DNA of 61,922 nucleotides. It comes from an uncultured Eggerthellaceae bacterium. GTDB lineage: Bacteria; Actinomycetota; Coriobacteriia; Coriobacteriales; Eggerthellaceae. Positions 25,172 through 34,817 of this stretch are shown one piece after another. The notes under the pieces are model-generated. The model did no database searches. It was not told the origin of the DNA and was given only the letters and a program-made list of their open reading frames with translations. The DNA lies in the NCBI GenBank assembly GCA_934631995.1, contig CAKTYF010000001.1:1-61922 (forward strand), in the 5' to 3' direction. Numbering within the stretch: position 1 is the first letter of the stretch; every line of letters starts with the position of its first letter. Made by a program: the position numbers and the translations under genes.

Positions 25172-26838
25172 CGCTTCTCCCAGCACTTGCGCGCAAGACC
25201 AGCACGTGTTCGCGTGCTGGTCTTCTCATAGATGCTTGTAAGATGCCGCTGTACCATACGAAGCGAAATCCCCAGATCATCGGCTACTTGCTTCAAAGGT
25301 TGCTCGTTAGCGGTCACCGCTGCCAGCACATCAAGTTCGCGTGGAGTGAGCTGGTATTCCTGCGCGAACGCGCGCAGGCGTTCCTGTCGTTTCTCGGGCG
25401 ATGGTTCTTCGTTTCCGTCCTCCGCTTTTTCTGCCGTTGCCGTTGCGGGGGTGGCTGGGGCTTTGTGCGTCACCGCTTCATGCGCTGCGGGTGCGGCAGG
25501 GGCTTCGCGCGTTGTAGCGATCGCGCCCTCGCTTTTCTCTGACGACGAGAAGCGAAAGAGTCCTGCGCCCGTAAATGCAACAATGATCAGGACAAACAGA
25601 ACTAGGACCGCAATCATGATGGTTGCTACGTCGTTTGTTTTCGCGAACGATACGAACAAACCTGCCAACGCAAACGAACACAGGTTGTTCGTGGCGCGAC
25701 CCATGCCCGCCCACAGCGGTGAAACACGCATGCTAAGGGAAAGCTCGATAAACGTTGTGGTGAAGAACACAACGAAGAATCCCGAGCTTGCATAAAACAC
25801 CAGAAGACCGATAAGCGCATTTGCCCCTGCCTCAACAGCCAAGACGGAGATGGCGGACAGCAGCGTGATGCACAACATCAAAAGCCCCCGGTAGCGATTA
25901 CCACGAATGTCAAAGAGGAATCCGGCAAGAAGACCGCTTGCTGCAAGGAAAAGACGCGGCCAATCCTCGACGGAAATACTGCCTTGAGCATCGGCGACGG
26001 TGATTACGCCATCGAGCGTTGAGAACAGGCAGGCCAGCAGGGCAACCAGGGCAACAAGCCATAGAGCGCGCGAAAGAGGCTGCGCTGATTGCGCCATCGC
26101 CGTTTTCGGGGTTGCAGTCGGGCGTGCGTCGGCTTGCGGGGGTTCGACCGGTTGCGCGGCGGCTTGCGGTGGTGCAGGTGCGGTGGCTGCTGTTGCGTCA
26201 TCGCGAGCTGCCAGAACAATTAAAATGCCTGATAGGGCGCATGTTCCTAAGCAGAGCGCGATAAGGTTTTCCAAGCTGCTGTGCAGCAGGTGGTTGCTTG
26301 CGAACTGCAGAAGAATACCGGCGGCGTAAGCGAAACCGATTGCGGTCGCTCGTTTTTGTGCCCCGGAATACGACCGCGCAACATTCCAGTGCGTCCAGCT
26401 TCCGAAAATGCCCAACGCAAAGAAGCCCAAGCATCCAGCTGTTTGGATGAGCATGAAATCATTCAAAGCGTACACCGCAATGCAGCACGCAATGGCAATC
26501 GCGGCAGTTATTGAGCTTCCTATCAGGAGGAATGCGTATCCTCTTTTATTTTGCTTGTTATTGTGGGTCCCGGCGGCGCTTTTCTGGGTGCATTGTCCAG
26601 GATTAGTGCGGTTGAGCTTTTGCGCCAGCATCCAAAGGGGAGCGAATGCTAAAAAGCCTAAAACGCTTGCGCCTAAAATAAGCCCTTGTGCATCCACGAC
26701 ACGTTCGGGGGATACAAATCCGCCAATTTCCCGATCAAAGAAGAATTCGCCTCCCAAAAATACAAAGTTGAACAGCGCAAGCGCTATAAGCGATGCGACA
26801 AACGTTTTGTTTTGCTGTTCGGAAGGGTGCGGGTTCAA
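25165..26838 (-). CDS. Multi-TM LuxR-family transcriptional regulator
   Basis: 557 aa with ~10-12 predicted TM helices. The C-terminal HTH is LTPRELDVLAAV...QVADDLGISLRMVQRHLTSIYEKT. Confidence 0.8.
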   Translation of the reverse strand: MNPHPSEQQNKTFVASLIALALFNFVFLGGEFFFDREIGGFVSPERVVDAQGLILGASVLGFLAFAPLWMLAQKLNRTNPGQCTQKSAAGTHNNKQNKRGYAFLLIGSSITAAIAIACCIAVYALNDFMLIQTAGCLGFFALGIFGSWTHWNVARSYSGAQKRATAIGFAYAAGILLQFASNHLLHSSLENLIALCLGTCALSGILIVLAARDDATAATAPAPPQAAAQPVEPPQADARPTATPKTAMAQSAQPLSRALWLVALVALLACLFSTLDGVITVADAQGSISVEDWPRLFLAASGLLAGFLFDIRGNRYRGLLMLCITLLSAISVLAVEAGANALIGLLVFYASSGFFVVFFTTTFIELSLSMRVSPLWAGMGRATNNLCSFALAGLFVSFAKTNDVATIMIAVLVLFVLIIVAFTGAGLFRFSSSEKSEGAIATTREAPAAPAAHEAVTHKAPATPATATAEKAEDGNEEPSPEKRQERLRAFAQEYQLTPRELDVLAAVTANEQPLKQVADDLGISLRMVQRHLTSIYEKTSTRTRAGLARKCWEKRY

Positions 26839-27025
26839 GATCTCCTCTTTTTACGGATGCGTTCGGGACGAGCATTGTATAAAACGAACGACCTCCCATT
26901 CTAGCAGCAAGTACGCCGCAAGAGGGAAGCCGTCCGTTTGTTGTGTTTCAAAATGCATTTTCATACGGCTGAACGTGCGGCAGCGCGCTTGCGGCGCGCA
27001 TCCGCGTACAGGTTCAGCTCCGCGC

Positions 27026-27961
27026 CTACTTGTTATCCTTCGCAATGCCCGCAACGGTGAGCTGGTCAAACATGTTAGCGGTTTCGCGGAAATCGCTCGG
27101 AAGCACCACGGTGCTTGTGTTGCCCTTCTTCGCGAATTCGCTCATCATGTCGGTCCACTGGGTGAACAGGAACAACTCGTTCGCCTCGTTCGTGGAAACG
27201 CCGGATTGCTTGATGACTTCAAGCGATTCCGCAATACCATCGGCAATTGCCTTGCGCTGCGCTGCAATACCGCGGCCGGCTTCTTCCATAGCTTCGGCAC
27301 TTGCTTTCGCCTCGGTGACAATCTTGATGCGCTCGGCTTCGGCAAGACTCTGCGCGGCAATGCGCTCACGCTGCGCGCTGTTGATCTTGTTCATGGATTG
27401 CTCAACGTCGGGCGGCAGGCCAATGCTTGTGATCAGCGTGCTGACTAGGTCGTATCCGTATTCGCGCATCATGGCGGAAACGGTGGCGTTCACGTCGCTT
27501 GCAATGGAATCCTTCTTGTCGAATACTTCGTCAAGCGTGTAACCGGGCACGGCGGAACGAAGCGCGTCAATCAGGTACGCGCGCATCTGATTGATGGGCT
27601 CGCTGAGCATGTAGTAGCTGCGATATACGCCGTTGCCACGTTGACCTGCGCCATCTTGATCGTAGCTTACGTGATACTGGGCGGCAATGTCCATGGTCAC
27701 CGTTACGTTGTCCTTCGTCTTCGCGTCAATGCGGAAGTCAATCTGATTCGTGCGCATGCCTACTTTTGCGGCAACACGCTCAAGAACGGGAATCTTGAAG
27801 TGGAAGCCCGGCCCCACAATGCGGTTATATTTGCCCAGGCGTTCAATGATGTAGGCATTTTGCTGCTGCACAACGAAAAACGCGCCGCCCATGATGAGCA
27901 GGATGAGAACGATGATGACAAGCGTGGGGAGCAGGGCGAAAAGACTGCTGATCAATCCCAT
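27026..27961 (-). CDS. SPFH/Band 7 (stomatin/HflK-like) membrane protein
   Basis: 311 aa with an N-terminal TM helix, then IIERLGKYNRIVGPGFHFKIP and an SPFH core with a coiled-coil tail. Confidence 0.85.
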   Translation of the reverse strand: MGLISSLFALLPTLVIIVLILLIMGGAFFVVQQQNAYIIERLGKYNRIVGPGFHFKIPVLERVAAKVGMRTNQIDFRIDAKTKDNVTVTMDIAAQYHVSYDQDGAGQRGNGVYRSYYMLSEPINQMRAYLIDALRSAVPGYTLDEVFDKKDSIASDVNATVSAMMREYGYDLVSTLITSIGLPPDVEQSMNKINSAQRERIAAQSLAEAERIKIVTEAKASAEAMEEAGRGIAAQRKAIADGIAESLEVIKQSGVSTNEANELFLFTQWTDMMSEFAKKGNTSTVVLPSDFRETANMFDQLTVAGIAKDNK

Positions 27962-28156
27962 GGGGTCTCCTATCTTTCGGTGGTTTGCCGGAATCGTATT
28001 GCCTTTAATTGTACCAAGTCGAGCGAAACTGTGTAGGAACGCGCGCTATCTGTTGCCGTTTTTTGACCTTGCCGCGATGGTCCTTGCGGTCGGCATTGTT
28101 GCAGGTCACGCTTTCATCGCGTATCGGTCACACGCCGGTCACGCGTTTGTCGTGCC

Positions 28157-28840
28157 CTACTTGCGTTTGGCACGGCGCGAAGTTAGGTGCAGCGCGGCAA
28201 GGAAGAGCAAGATTCCCAGAAGCGCCCCTGCGGAGTCGATGCAGACATCGGTGATCAGGCCGGCGCGACCAGGCACGAACAGTTGATGGAACTCGTCGCT
28301 TGCGGCATAGAGAATGCAGAATGCCCAGCTCAATGCAGGAATTATAAGGTTTCGGCGAGACGTTGCTCCTGTGCTGATTGCGGCAGGATAATCCGTTGAC
28401 TTGCTTGTTGTGACATCTTTCGTGCTGTTGCTCGGGCGCTTCGTTGGGAAGTCGGCTGTCTGTGCCATCGGCTGCGTTGCCGTTTGCGTCGTTGTGCTTT
28501 CGTTCGGAGCGCCCGCCGAACAGGATATATGCAGTCGCAGCGCATTAACGGCAAGTATGCCCAGCACTAGGTATTCCGTGAAATGCGCTAGTTTGCGCAC
28601 GGGGTGGTTGATGCTTTTCGCTAAGGCAAGCTGGTCGGCCGCGCTCATGTCGCTAAATCCGGGAACCACCAAGTGCAAGAAACGTCCCGCAAAACCCAGG
28701 CTCAGCGCATCGGAATCTTGAGCAATGCGCGCACTCATGTAAAAGATGAAAGCGCACCATAAAATGAGCGCCACCAGCGATAACGCTGTGTGGCGCGTCG
28801 GCTTCTTCAGCTTGATTTTCCTGGTAATCGTCTTGGGCAA
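28157..28840 (-). CDS. VanZ-family membrane protein
   Basis: RKLAHFTEYLVLG and SDEFHQLFVPGRAGLITDVCIDSAGALLG motifs. TTG start preceded by ggaga. Confidence 0.7.
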   Translation of the reverse strand: MPKTITRKIKLKKPTRHTALSLVALILWCAFIFYMSARIAQDSDALSLGFAGRFLHLVVPGFSDMSAADQLALAKSINHPVRKLAHFTEYLVLGILAVNALRLHISCSAGAPNESTTTQTATQPMAQTADFPTKRPSNSTKDVTTSKSTDYPAAISTGATSRRNLIIPALSWAFCILYAASDEFHQLFVPGRAGLITDVCIDSAGALLGILLFLAALHLTSRRAKRK

Positions 28841-28864
28841 GGCTGATGTCTCCGTTCGTTGTTG

Positions 28865-30478
28865 CTAGAATTCGACGTTGCCGAATTCGGAAAGTTGCAG
28901 TTCGGGGTTGCGCTCGGTTATCCAGCGCACGCTAAACTCGTTAGTAAACAGCAGCAGACGCCGCCCGCGCATGTTCTCTACGCGCAAAACATCAGAAGAA
29001 AGGCGCATTTTTGCAATGTCCAGCTTTTCGGGGTCATTCATGACCCAGCGAATCTCGCTGTAGTGTAGCGGCTGGCGGCGGACCTCCACGCCGTACTCGC
29101 TTTTCAGACGACGTTCCAGCACGTCAAACTGCAAAACGCCTACAACGCCCACAATAACGCTCTCCATACCCATGCCTAGTTCGCGGAAGATTTGGATGGC
29201 GCCTTCTTGAGCCAGCTGCTCCATTCCCTTCACGAATTGCTTGCGCTTCAGGGTGTTCACCTGGCTTACGCGCGCAAAGAATTCGGGCGTGAACGTGGGG
29301 ATAGGCGGATACTGAACGCGCAAGTTGCCGCCGCACAGCGTGTCGCCAATGCTGAAAACACCCGGATCGAACAGGCCCACAATGTCGCCGGCGTATGCTT
29401 CGTCTACAATGGCGCGGTCGTCGGCCATCATTGCCGTGCCGGTGGCAAGTTTGATTTTCTTGCCGCCCTGAACGTGGTAGGCATCCATGCCGCGCTCGAA
29501 TTTGCCGGAGCAAATGCGCACGAAGGCTATGCGGTCGCGGTGGTTTTTGTCCATGTTCGCCTGGATTTTGAACACGAAACCGCTGAATTCATCACGCATG
29601 GGGTCAATCAGCTCGTTTGTGTTCACGTCGCGGTACGCCAGCGGCGTGGGGGTGAGCTTCAGGAATTCCTTCAGGAAGGGTTCAACGCCGAAGTTCGTCA
29701 ATGCCGATCCGAAGAATACGGGCGTCAGCTTGCCGCTTAACACGGCATCCAAGTCGAACTCATCACCGGCGCCGTCGAGAAGTTCCAGCTCGTCGGTGAG
29801 CGTTTGGTAGTTGTCCTGACCAATGCGCTCGATGGTCTGCGGGTCATCCAGCTCGCTTTCAATTTCCTCGACCATTTTCTGGGCGTTCGCGTGACCGTCG
29901 CCCGAGAAGGAAATAACGCGACGCGTGTCGCGGTCAAACACACCGCGGAAATCGCGTCCGTTACCAACGGGCCAGTTCATGGCATAGGTGTTGATGCCCA
30001 GTACTTGCTCGATTTCTTCCACTAGCTCAAAGGGGTCGCGAATTTCGCGGTCGCACTTGTTCACGAATGTGAAAATGGGAATATGGCGCAGCGTGCAAAC
30101 CTTGAAGAGCTTTTTTGTTTGCGCTTCAACGCCTTTTGCGCCGTCGATAACCATTACGGCGGCGTCGGCAGCCATGAGCGTACGATACGTGTCTTCGGAA
30201 AAGTCCTGGTGGCCGGGGGTGTCAAGGATGTTGACGCACTTTCCGCCGTAGGTGAACTGGAGCACCGAAGAAGTCACGGAAATGCCGCGCTCTTTTTCGA
30301 TATCCATCCAGTCGCTGGTTGCCTGGCGAGACCCGCCTTTGCCCTTTACCGAACCCGCCGATTGAATGGTGCCCGTATACAGCAACAGCTTTTCGGTAAG
30401 CGTTGTTTTGCCCGCGTCGGGGTGGCTGATAATGGCGAACGTGCGCCTTGATGCTATTTGGTCGGAAAGCGTAGACAC
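28865..30478 (-). CDS. prfC: Peptide chain release factor 3
   Basis: 537 aa with GTPase motifs SHPDAGKTT, DTPGHQDF and NKCD. GTG start. Confidence 0.9.
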   Translation of the reverse strand: MSTLSDQIASRRTFAIISHPDAGKTTLTEKLLLYTGTIQSAGSVKGKGGSRQATSDWMDIEKERGISVTSSVLQFTYGGKCVNILDTPGHQDFSEDTYRTLMAADAAVMVIDGAKGVEAQTKKLFKVCTLRHIPIFTFVNKCDREIRDPFELVEEIEQVLGINTYAMNWPVGNGRDFRGVFDRDTRRVISFSGDGHANAQKMVEEIESELDDPQTIERIGQDNYQTLTDELELLDGAGDEFDLDAVLSGKLTPVFFGSALTNFGVEPFLKEFLKLTPTPLAYRDVNTNELIDPMRDEFSGFVFKIQANMDKNHRDRIAFVRICSGKFERGMDAYHVQGGKKIKLATGTAMMADDRAIVDEAYAGDIVGLFDPGVFSIGDTLCGGNLRVQYPPIPTFTPEFFARVSQVNTLKRKQFVKGMEQLAQEGAIQIFRELGMGMESVIVGVVGVLQFDVLERRLKSEYGVEVRRQPLHYSEIRWVMNDPEKLDIAKMRLSSDVLRVENMRGRRLLLFTNEFSVRWITERNPELQLSEFGNVEF

Positions 30479-30643
30479 GAATATCCCTTTCTGCAGTTTC
30501 CGTAATTTGTGTAACCCTCATATAATACTGCATTTTTGGGGTGCTTCTGCCGCATTTGCAGGGGGAACAGAAAAGACTTGCATCAACTTCGAGCGGGATC
30601 AGGATGGCGGGGTGGAGTTGCCTCTTTGGTGTTCGATTTCGGT

Positions 30644-30881
30644 CATGTTGTTGAAAAAGCGGAGTCGAATTCGAAGTTGTGGTAGGTTGGAAGTAGGTTG
30701 ACTCTTCGGCGGTGCGTTTGCAAATCAATATACCTTATGCTGGTATAATCATGAACAGGTATTTTGTAAACCCATGGTTCTTGTTAGCGAAGTGCACGCT
30801 GAAAAATGCCCTGATTTGCGTCTCTAACCTACTTCCAACCGACCACAACTTCGAATTACAGGGCATATTTTCAACAACATG
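30644..30881. mobile_element. 238-bp MITE-like element with ~56-bp imperfect terminal inverted repeats
   Basis: The left arm catgttgttgaaaa..aattcgaagttgtggtaggttggaagtaggtt (30644-30699) is the reverse complement of 30826-30881, except for a ~10-nt internal block. The core is AT-rich. Confidence 0.6.
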
Positions 30882-30965
30882 GTTTTGGGTCAAGCTTTAG
30901 CTGGAGTTCGTGCAGCAAAACACCCGACGAAAATGCACAAGCAAGGGGATTTTCGTCAGGTGCGC

Positions 30966-31547
30966 CTACGGGCGAAACGTTATCGTGCCGGTTTCGGGAT
31001 TCATTGACTCGATGATAGCCAGGCTCTCCACTTGGTAGCCGCGTTCGCGCAGTTGCTTGCCGCCGGGCTGGAACCCTTTTTCGATGGCGATGCCAATGCC
31101 TTCAACGGTAACGTTTGCTTGCTCGCAGAGCTCCAAGAGGCCGTTCATGGCAGCGCCCATTGCCATGAAGTCGTCGATGATAAGCACGTGATCATGCGGT
31201 GTGAGCAGGCGCTTTTCAACAATAACATCGAAAACCTTGCCGTGGGTAAACGACTGAACCTTGGTCATGTATTGATCGCCCGTCAAGTTGATGGACTTCG
31301 CTTTTTTCGCGAACACCACGGGTGCATTGTTGAAATGGCGTGCGGCAATGCAGGCGATGCCAATCCCCGATGCCTCGATGGTCAGAATCTTGTTGATGGG
31401 CTTATCCGCAAACAAACGCGCCCATTCTGCACCCATTTCATCAAGCAGCGCCGTGTCCAACTGGTGGTTCAAAAACGAACCAACCTTTAATACGTCATCG
31501 GCTTTGACCTCGCCATCAGCGACAATGCGTTCTTCCAGCAATTTCAT
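30966..31547 (-). CDS. xpt: Xanthine phosphoribosyltransferase
   Basis: 193 aa from the internal ATG ([14 protein letters not shown]...SFLNHQLD). PRPP motif [13 protein letters not shown]. Confidence 0.85.
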   Translation of the reverse strand: MKLLEERIVADGEVKADDVLKVGSFLNHQLDTALLDEMGAEWARLFADKPINKILTIEASGIGIACIAARHFNNAPVVFAKKAKSINLTGDQYMTKVQSFTHGKVFDVIVEKRLLTPHDHVLIIDDFMAMGAAMNGLLELCEQANVTVEGIGIAIEKGFQPGGKQLRERGYQVESLAIIESMNPETGTITFRP

Positions 31548-31720
31548 GATTCGCGTTCCCCTTGTTATACTCTTCCTTGCGCGCAGATTCACGTGTGCGG
31601 TCGGCTTGCTGTCGATTCGCCCTGCGCTCCGCGTTTGCCGTGTGTCCGTCGGTTATGCGCTGCGTGCACTGGTGCTTGTGGCATCAATCTTTCCAAGCTT
31701 GCGGCGCCACGATTCAGCGC

Positions 31721-32641
31721 TTACACTTCTTCGAAGTCGTCCTCGGGGTCGTCCGCAGCGGGGTCGTGCACGGTGATTTCCTGGTTCTTCACGCTCACGC
31801 GTGCGTTTTTCGGCGTGGACTGGCATACAAAGGCGCTGCCGCCAATTACGGTGCCTTCGCCAATCACGGTTTCGCCGCCTAGCACGCTGGCGTTGGAGTA
31901 CACCGTTACGTAATCCTCCAACGTGGGGTGGCGTTTTACGCCGCGCAGCATTTGGCCCTTGCGCGTGGAGAGCGCGCCCAGGGTAACGCCCTGATACAGC
32001 TTGCAATGCGCGCCAATGATGGTTGTTTCGCCAATGACCACGCCCGTTGCATGGTCGATGAAAAAGTACTCGCCAATGGTTGCGCCCGGTGCAATGTCAA
32101 CGCCCGTTACGCCGTGTGCGTATTCGCTCATCAGACGAGGAATCAGCGGCACGTTTTGCTGGTACAGCACGTGGGCAATGCGGTGTACGAAAATGGCGAA
32201 AAATCCGGGATAGCACAGCACAATCTCTTCGCGACTGCTAGCGGCAGGGTCGCCATCGAAAGCGGCCTGCACGTCTTTGAGCAGCAGCGATTGCACACGG
32301 GGCAGTTCGTCCATGAATGCTTCGGCAGCAACTTCTGCGCGTTGGGAGGCCTCGTCTTCGGAGAGCCCGTTGTTTTCGTAAAGCAGCGCTTTTTTGATTT
32401 GCGTCTGCGTAACGCGTTGAATGTGCATCAAACGCTCGCTCAGCAAGTATTCGGATTTATCACCCGCAGCGCATTCGTTGTCAAAGTACCCGGGAAACAT
32501 GAGAACTTTGATGTCATCAAGCAGGTCGATAACCGCCGATCTGCTGGGAAAATGCTTCTTGTAACCAGCGAAGAAATGCTCTTCGGCTTGGTAGCCCTCA
32601 AGAAAAGCGGCAATGTGCTGATCAAGTTTTTGCGTAATCAT
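31721..32641 (-). CDS. cysE: Serine O-acetyltransferase
   Basis: 306 aa from the ATG at 32641 (RBS gagga). It has an SATase N-domain and hexapeptide repeats (GATIGEYFFIDH, IGETTIIGAHCKLYQGVTLG). Confidence 0.85.
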   Translation of the reverse strand: MITQKLDQHIAAFLEGYQAEEHFFAGYKKHFPSRSAVIDLLDDIKVLMFPGYFDNECAAGDKSEYLLSERLMHIQRVTQTQIKKALLYENNGLSEDEASQRAEVAAEAFMDELPRVQSLLLKDVQAAFDGDPAASSREEIVLCYPGFFAIFVHRIAHVLYQQNVPLIPRLMSEYAHGVTGVDIAPGATIGEYFFIDHATGVVIGETTIIGAHCKLYQGVTLGALSTRKGQMLRGVKRHPTLEDYVTVYSNASVLGGETVIGEGTVIGGSAFVCQSTPKNARVSVKNQEITVHDPAADDPEDDFEEV

Positions 32642-32734
32642 AGACGGTCCTCGCTTTCGCAATACATGCGCACCGCGCGTCAGTTTCGCGCAGGAAATGG
32701 TTTTTTCCATGATACCAAGAGCGTTGGTTTTGCG

Positions 32735-32780
32735 GTGCGGCGCATGCGGATTTTTTCGGCAGTGAAAGGGTAGGAATTAC
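32735..32780 (+). repeat. Direct repeat, left copy, bracketing the AbiE module
   Basis: gtgcggcgcatgcggattttttcggcagtgaaagggtaggaattac recurs at 34456..34506. Confidence 0.8.
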
Positions 32781-32830
32781 GACAGGGAAGCCGTTGCGAT
32801 GGTGGATGAAAAGAAGCAAAATAGCATCAG

Positions 32831-33721
32831 TTATTCTTCCCAAGTCGTTTTTTGCGGGTTCCAGGTTGCACTGCTTGTTGAACCGGAAAGCACTGGATTA
32901 AAAAGCGTGGCTGCAAGTTTGGCCGCCCCATCGATGCTCTGAAGCGAATTGGACAGGCCCATTTTGGAGCATAATTTCTCGAACTGTCGTTGCTGAGCGA
33001 CTTGCCATTCCTCGGGGATGCAGAACGCTTTTGGTAAGGTAATGCCGCGAACTCTGCTTTCCCTGAGTACACATTGTTGGAGGCTTCTTCCATCTATGCG
33101 ACACGTTGTCGCGTAAATTGCGATATCAACAAGGTCTTTCACCCGAGAGGATGCTCTTCCATCATGCCTTTCAGTTAAAGCGCAAAGCTTGTCTGCGAGT
33201 GAGTTTTCAACGGGGTAAACTAAATAGTCATACACTTGTATGCCTTCGACATTTACCCTGTCTGCAGGGGTGATAAATTCGGCTCTCTCAAGGGGGACCT
33301 TATCAACGACAAGGTCGATAGAAATGGGTTGCAAACATTTCGGGCCAAGCATCGGCTGAAAGACAATGCGTAATCCGCTTCGATATTCGTCTTCGACTTT
33401 TATTGGGTCTGCAGATTGAAGCATGAAACGCATATGATCGTCAAGATCGGTCGATGCAAGTGCTTCTAGCTTGCTAAGGGCATGTTCGAGTGACTGTTCT
33501 TTATAGAGCAGATCAATATCTCTTGTTACGCGCGCATCCACGGTTCTAGCGAGCATGCTTTGGCCGCCCTTCAACACGAAACTGTGTTGCGGATCATTGA
33601 AGATGCGGCAAAGAAGTCTGTGAAAATAGAAATCCGTTATCGCTCTGCTGGTGTCTAGGCTTGAATTCCTGGCAGAGGCTTTCACCGCCATTTCAAGTGC
33701 GGCTGGAGTTTTGTATCTCAT
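32831..33721 (-). CDS. AbiEii/AbiGii-family nucleotidyltransferase toxin (type IV TA)
   Basis: 296 aa from the ATG at 33721, 1 nt after the AbiEi stop. Motifs FVLKGGQSML and TRDIDLL. Confidence 0.85.
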   Translation of the reverse strand: MRYKTPAALEMAVKASARNSSLDTSRAITDFYFHRLLCRIFNDPQHSFVLKGGQSMLARTVDARVTRDIDLLYKEQSLEHALSKLEALASTDLDDHMRFMLQSADPIKVEDEYRSGLRIVFQPMLGPKCLQPISIDLVVDKVPLERAEFITPADRVNVEGIQVYDYLVYPVENSLADKLCALTERHDGRASSRVKDLVDIAIYATTCRIDGRSLQQCVLRESRVRGITLPKAFCIPEEWQVAQQRQFEKLCSKMGLSNSLQSIDGAAKLAATLFNPVLSGSTSSATWNPQKTTWEE

Positions 33722-33722
33722 T

Positions 33723-34364
33723 TTAGCTGCTCCCCTTTGGTGCTCTTCCTGCAAGGACACGGATTATTGATAGTGCATCCTGCACATTTTTCCTTTTCGA
33801 TTGGCAGGCAACGATTTTTTCCAGGCGTGCGAAGTTGAGGTTGCTTGCGGAGTTGAAGGCGTCCTCTACGAGAGACCATTCTTCATTATCAAGGCAGAGG
33901 TCAATAAGCGTTCGCTCAGGGCGCGTGACAGGAAGGCCCTTGATCCAGGTCACATCCTCAATGTCGATTTTTCTGAGGGCAAAATTCGCTGACTTCACGC
34001 GGGAGTTGATTCGCTGCGGCGCGTAGATACGGTAGGGCGATAGGTAGAAATCACCGAGCTCTTGCAGGCTTGCCGCGGTTGATCCGCCTATTGCAATTCC
34101 ATCCCAATTTTCAATTTGCATGCGCTCGTGGGTGAATGCCGATGGGGCAGTGAGTTTCCATATAGCTGCGAGCTCATCTGTGAAATCGCTTTGCGATCCA
34201 GCAAGCCGGTATGCGCCATGCATTATGCGTTCGGCTCGGCCGGATGCAACGGCTTGCGATAAGGCGTTGCGTGTAATTCCAAGTCGTGCTGCTTGCGCGG
34301 TGGTGAAGATCCCCTCCGAGGCAGAGAGTTCGTTGAGTGCTGTTATGTGGTTTGAATAGATCAT
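33723..34364 (-). CDS. AbiEi-family antitoxin / transcriptional regulator (type IV TA)
   Basis: 213 aa. The N-terminal wHTH is GIFTTAQAARLGITRNALSQAVASGRAERIMHGAYRL. Confidence 0.85.
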   Translation of the reverse strand: MIYSNHITALNELSASEGIFTTAQAARLGITRNALSQAVASGRAERIMHGAYRLAGSQSDFTDELAAIWKLTAPSAFTHERMQIENWDGIAIGGSTAASLQELGDFYLSPYRIYAPQRINSRVKSANFALRKIDIEDVTWIKGLPVTRPERTLIDLCLDNEEWSLVEDAFNSASNLNFARLEKIVACQSKRKNVQDALSIIRVLAGRAPKGSS

Positions 34365-34455
34365 GTTGCAATTGTATGCTTAAAGCAGACATATGCAACA
34401 GATTTTTACTGAATACGATAAAAGCGATACGGGCATTGTGCTCAAATTGTTTGTA

Positions 34456-34506
34456 GTGCGGCGCGGCGTATGCAGATTTTTTCGGCAGTGAAAGGGTAGG
34501 AATTAC
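34456..34506 (+). repeat. Direct repeat, right copy, bracketing the AbiE module
   Basis: gtgcggcgcggcgtatgcagattttttcggcagtgaaagggtaggaattac. Confidence 0.8.
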
Positions 34507-34817
34507 AGCTTGCGAAGCTTCCGAAAGCCAAGAACGTAATGCTTAGGGGCGCTGACGGTGCTACTCAAGCGCCCGCTTTATTTCCTTTGCAACGTTGCTC
34601 ACGATGCTCAGAAAAATGCAACCGCAAAATACGTCATATTTCGCAAAATAGTACAACTTTGTATTTTCCCAGGTCAACCCCAACTTCCTAAAATGTCCAT
34701 TTTTCGATTCGTAAAAATATGCCATAATGGACAAGATAGGACAATTATTTCGCATTTTGCTATTTCAACATGCGTTTTAATTTCCTATAATGAGCCTCAC
34801 TTGGGGAAGGGGACAAC

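Noticed and set aside
26408-27448. 346-aa plus-strand ORF overlapping the LuxR and SPFH genes.
   Set aside because: It is antisense to two well-supported genes and crosses their intergenic gap. Its composition is low-complexity.
30712-30900. 62-aa ORF inside the 238-bp inverted-repeat element.
   Set aside because: It lies entirely within the repeat core and arm, has no RBS, and its composition is unlike local genes.
31548-31720. Possible purine riboswitch upstream of xpt.
   Set aside because: The minus-strand leader lacks the conserved UAUAAU...GGAUAUGG...GUUUCUACC...CCGUAAA...GACUAU core.
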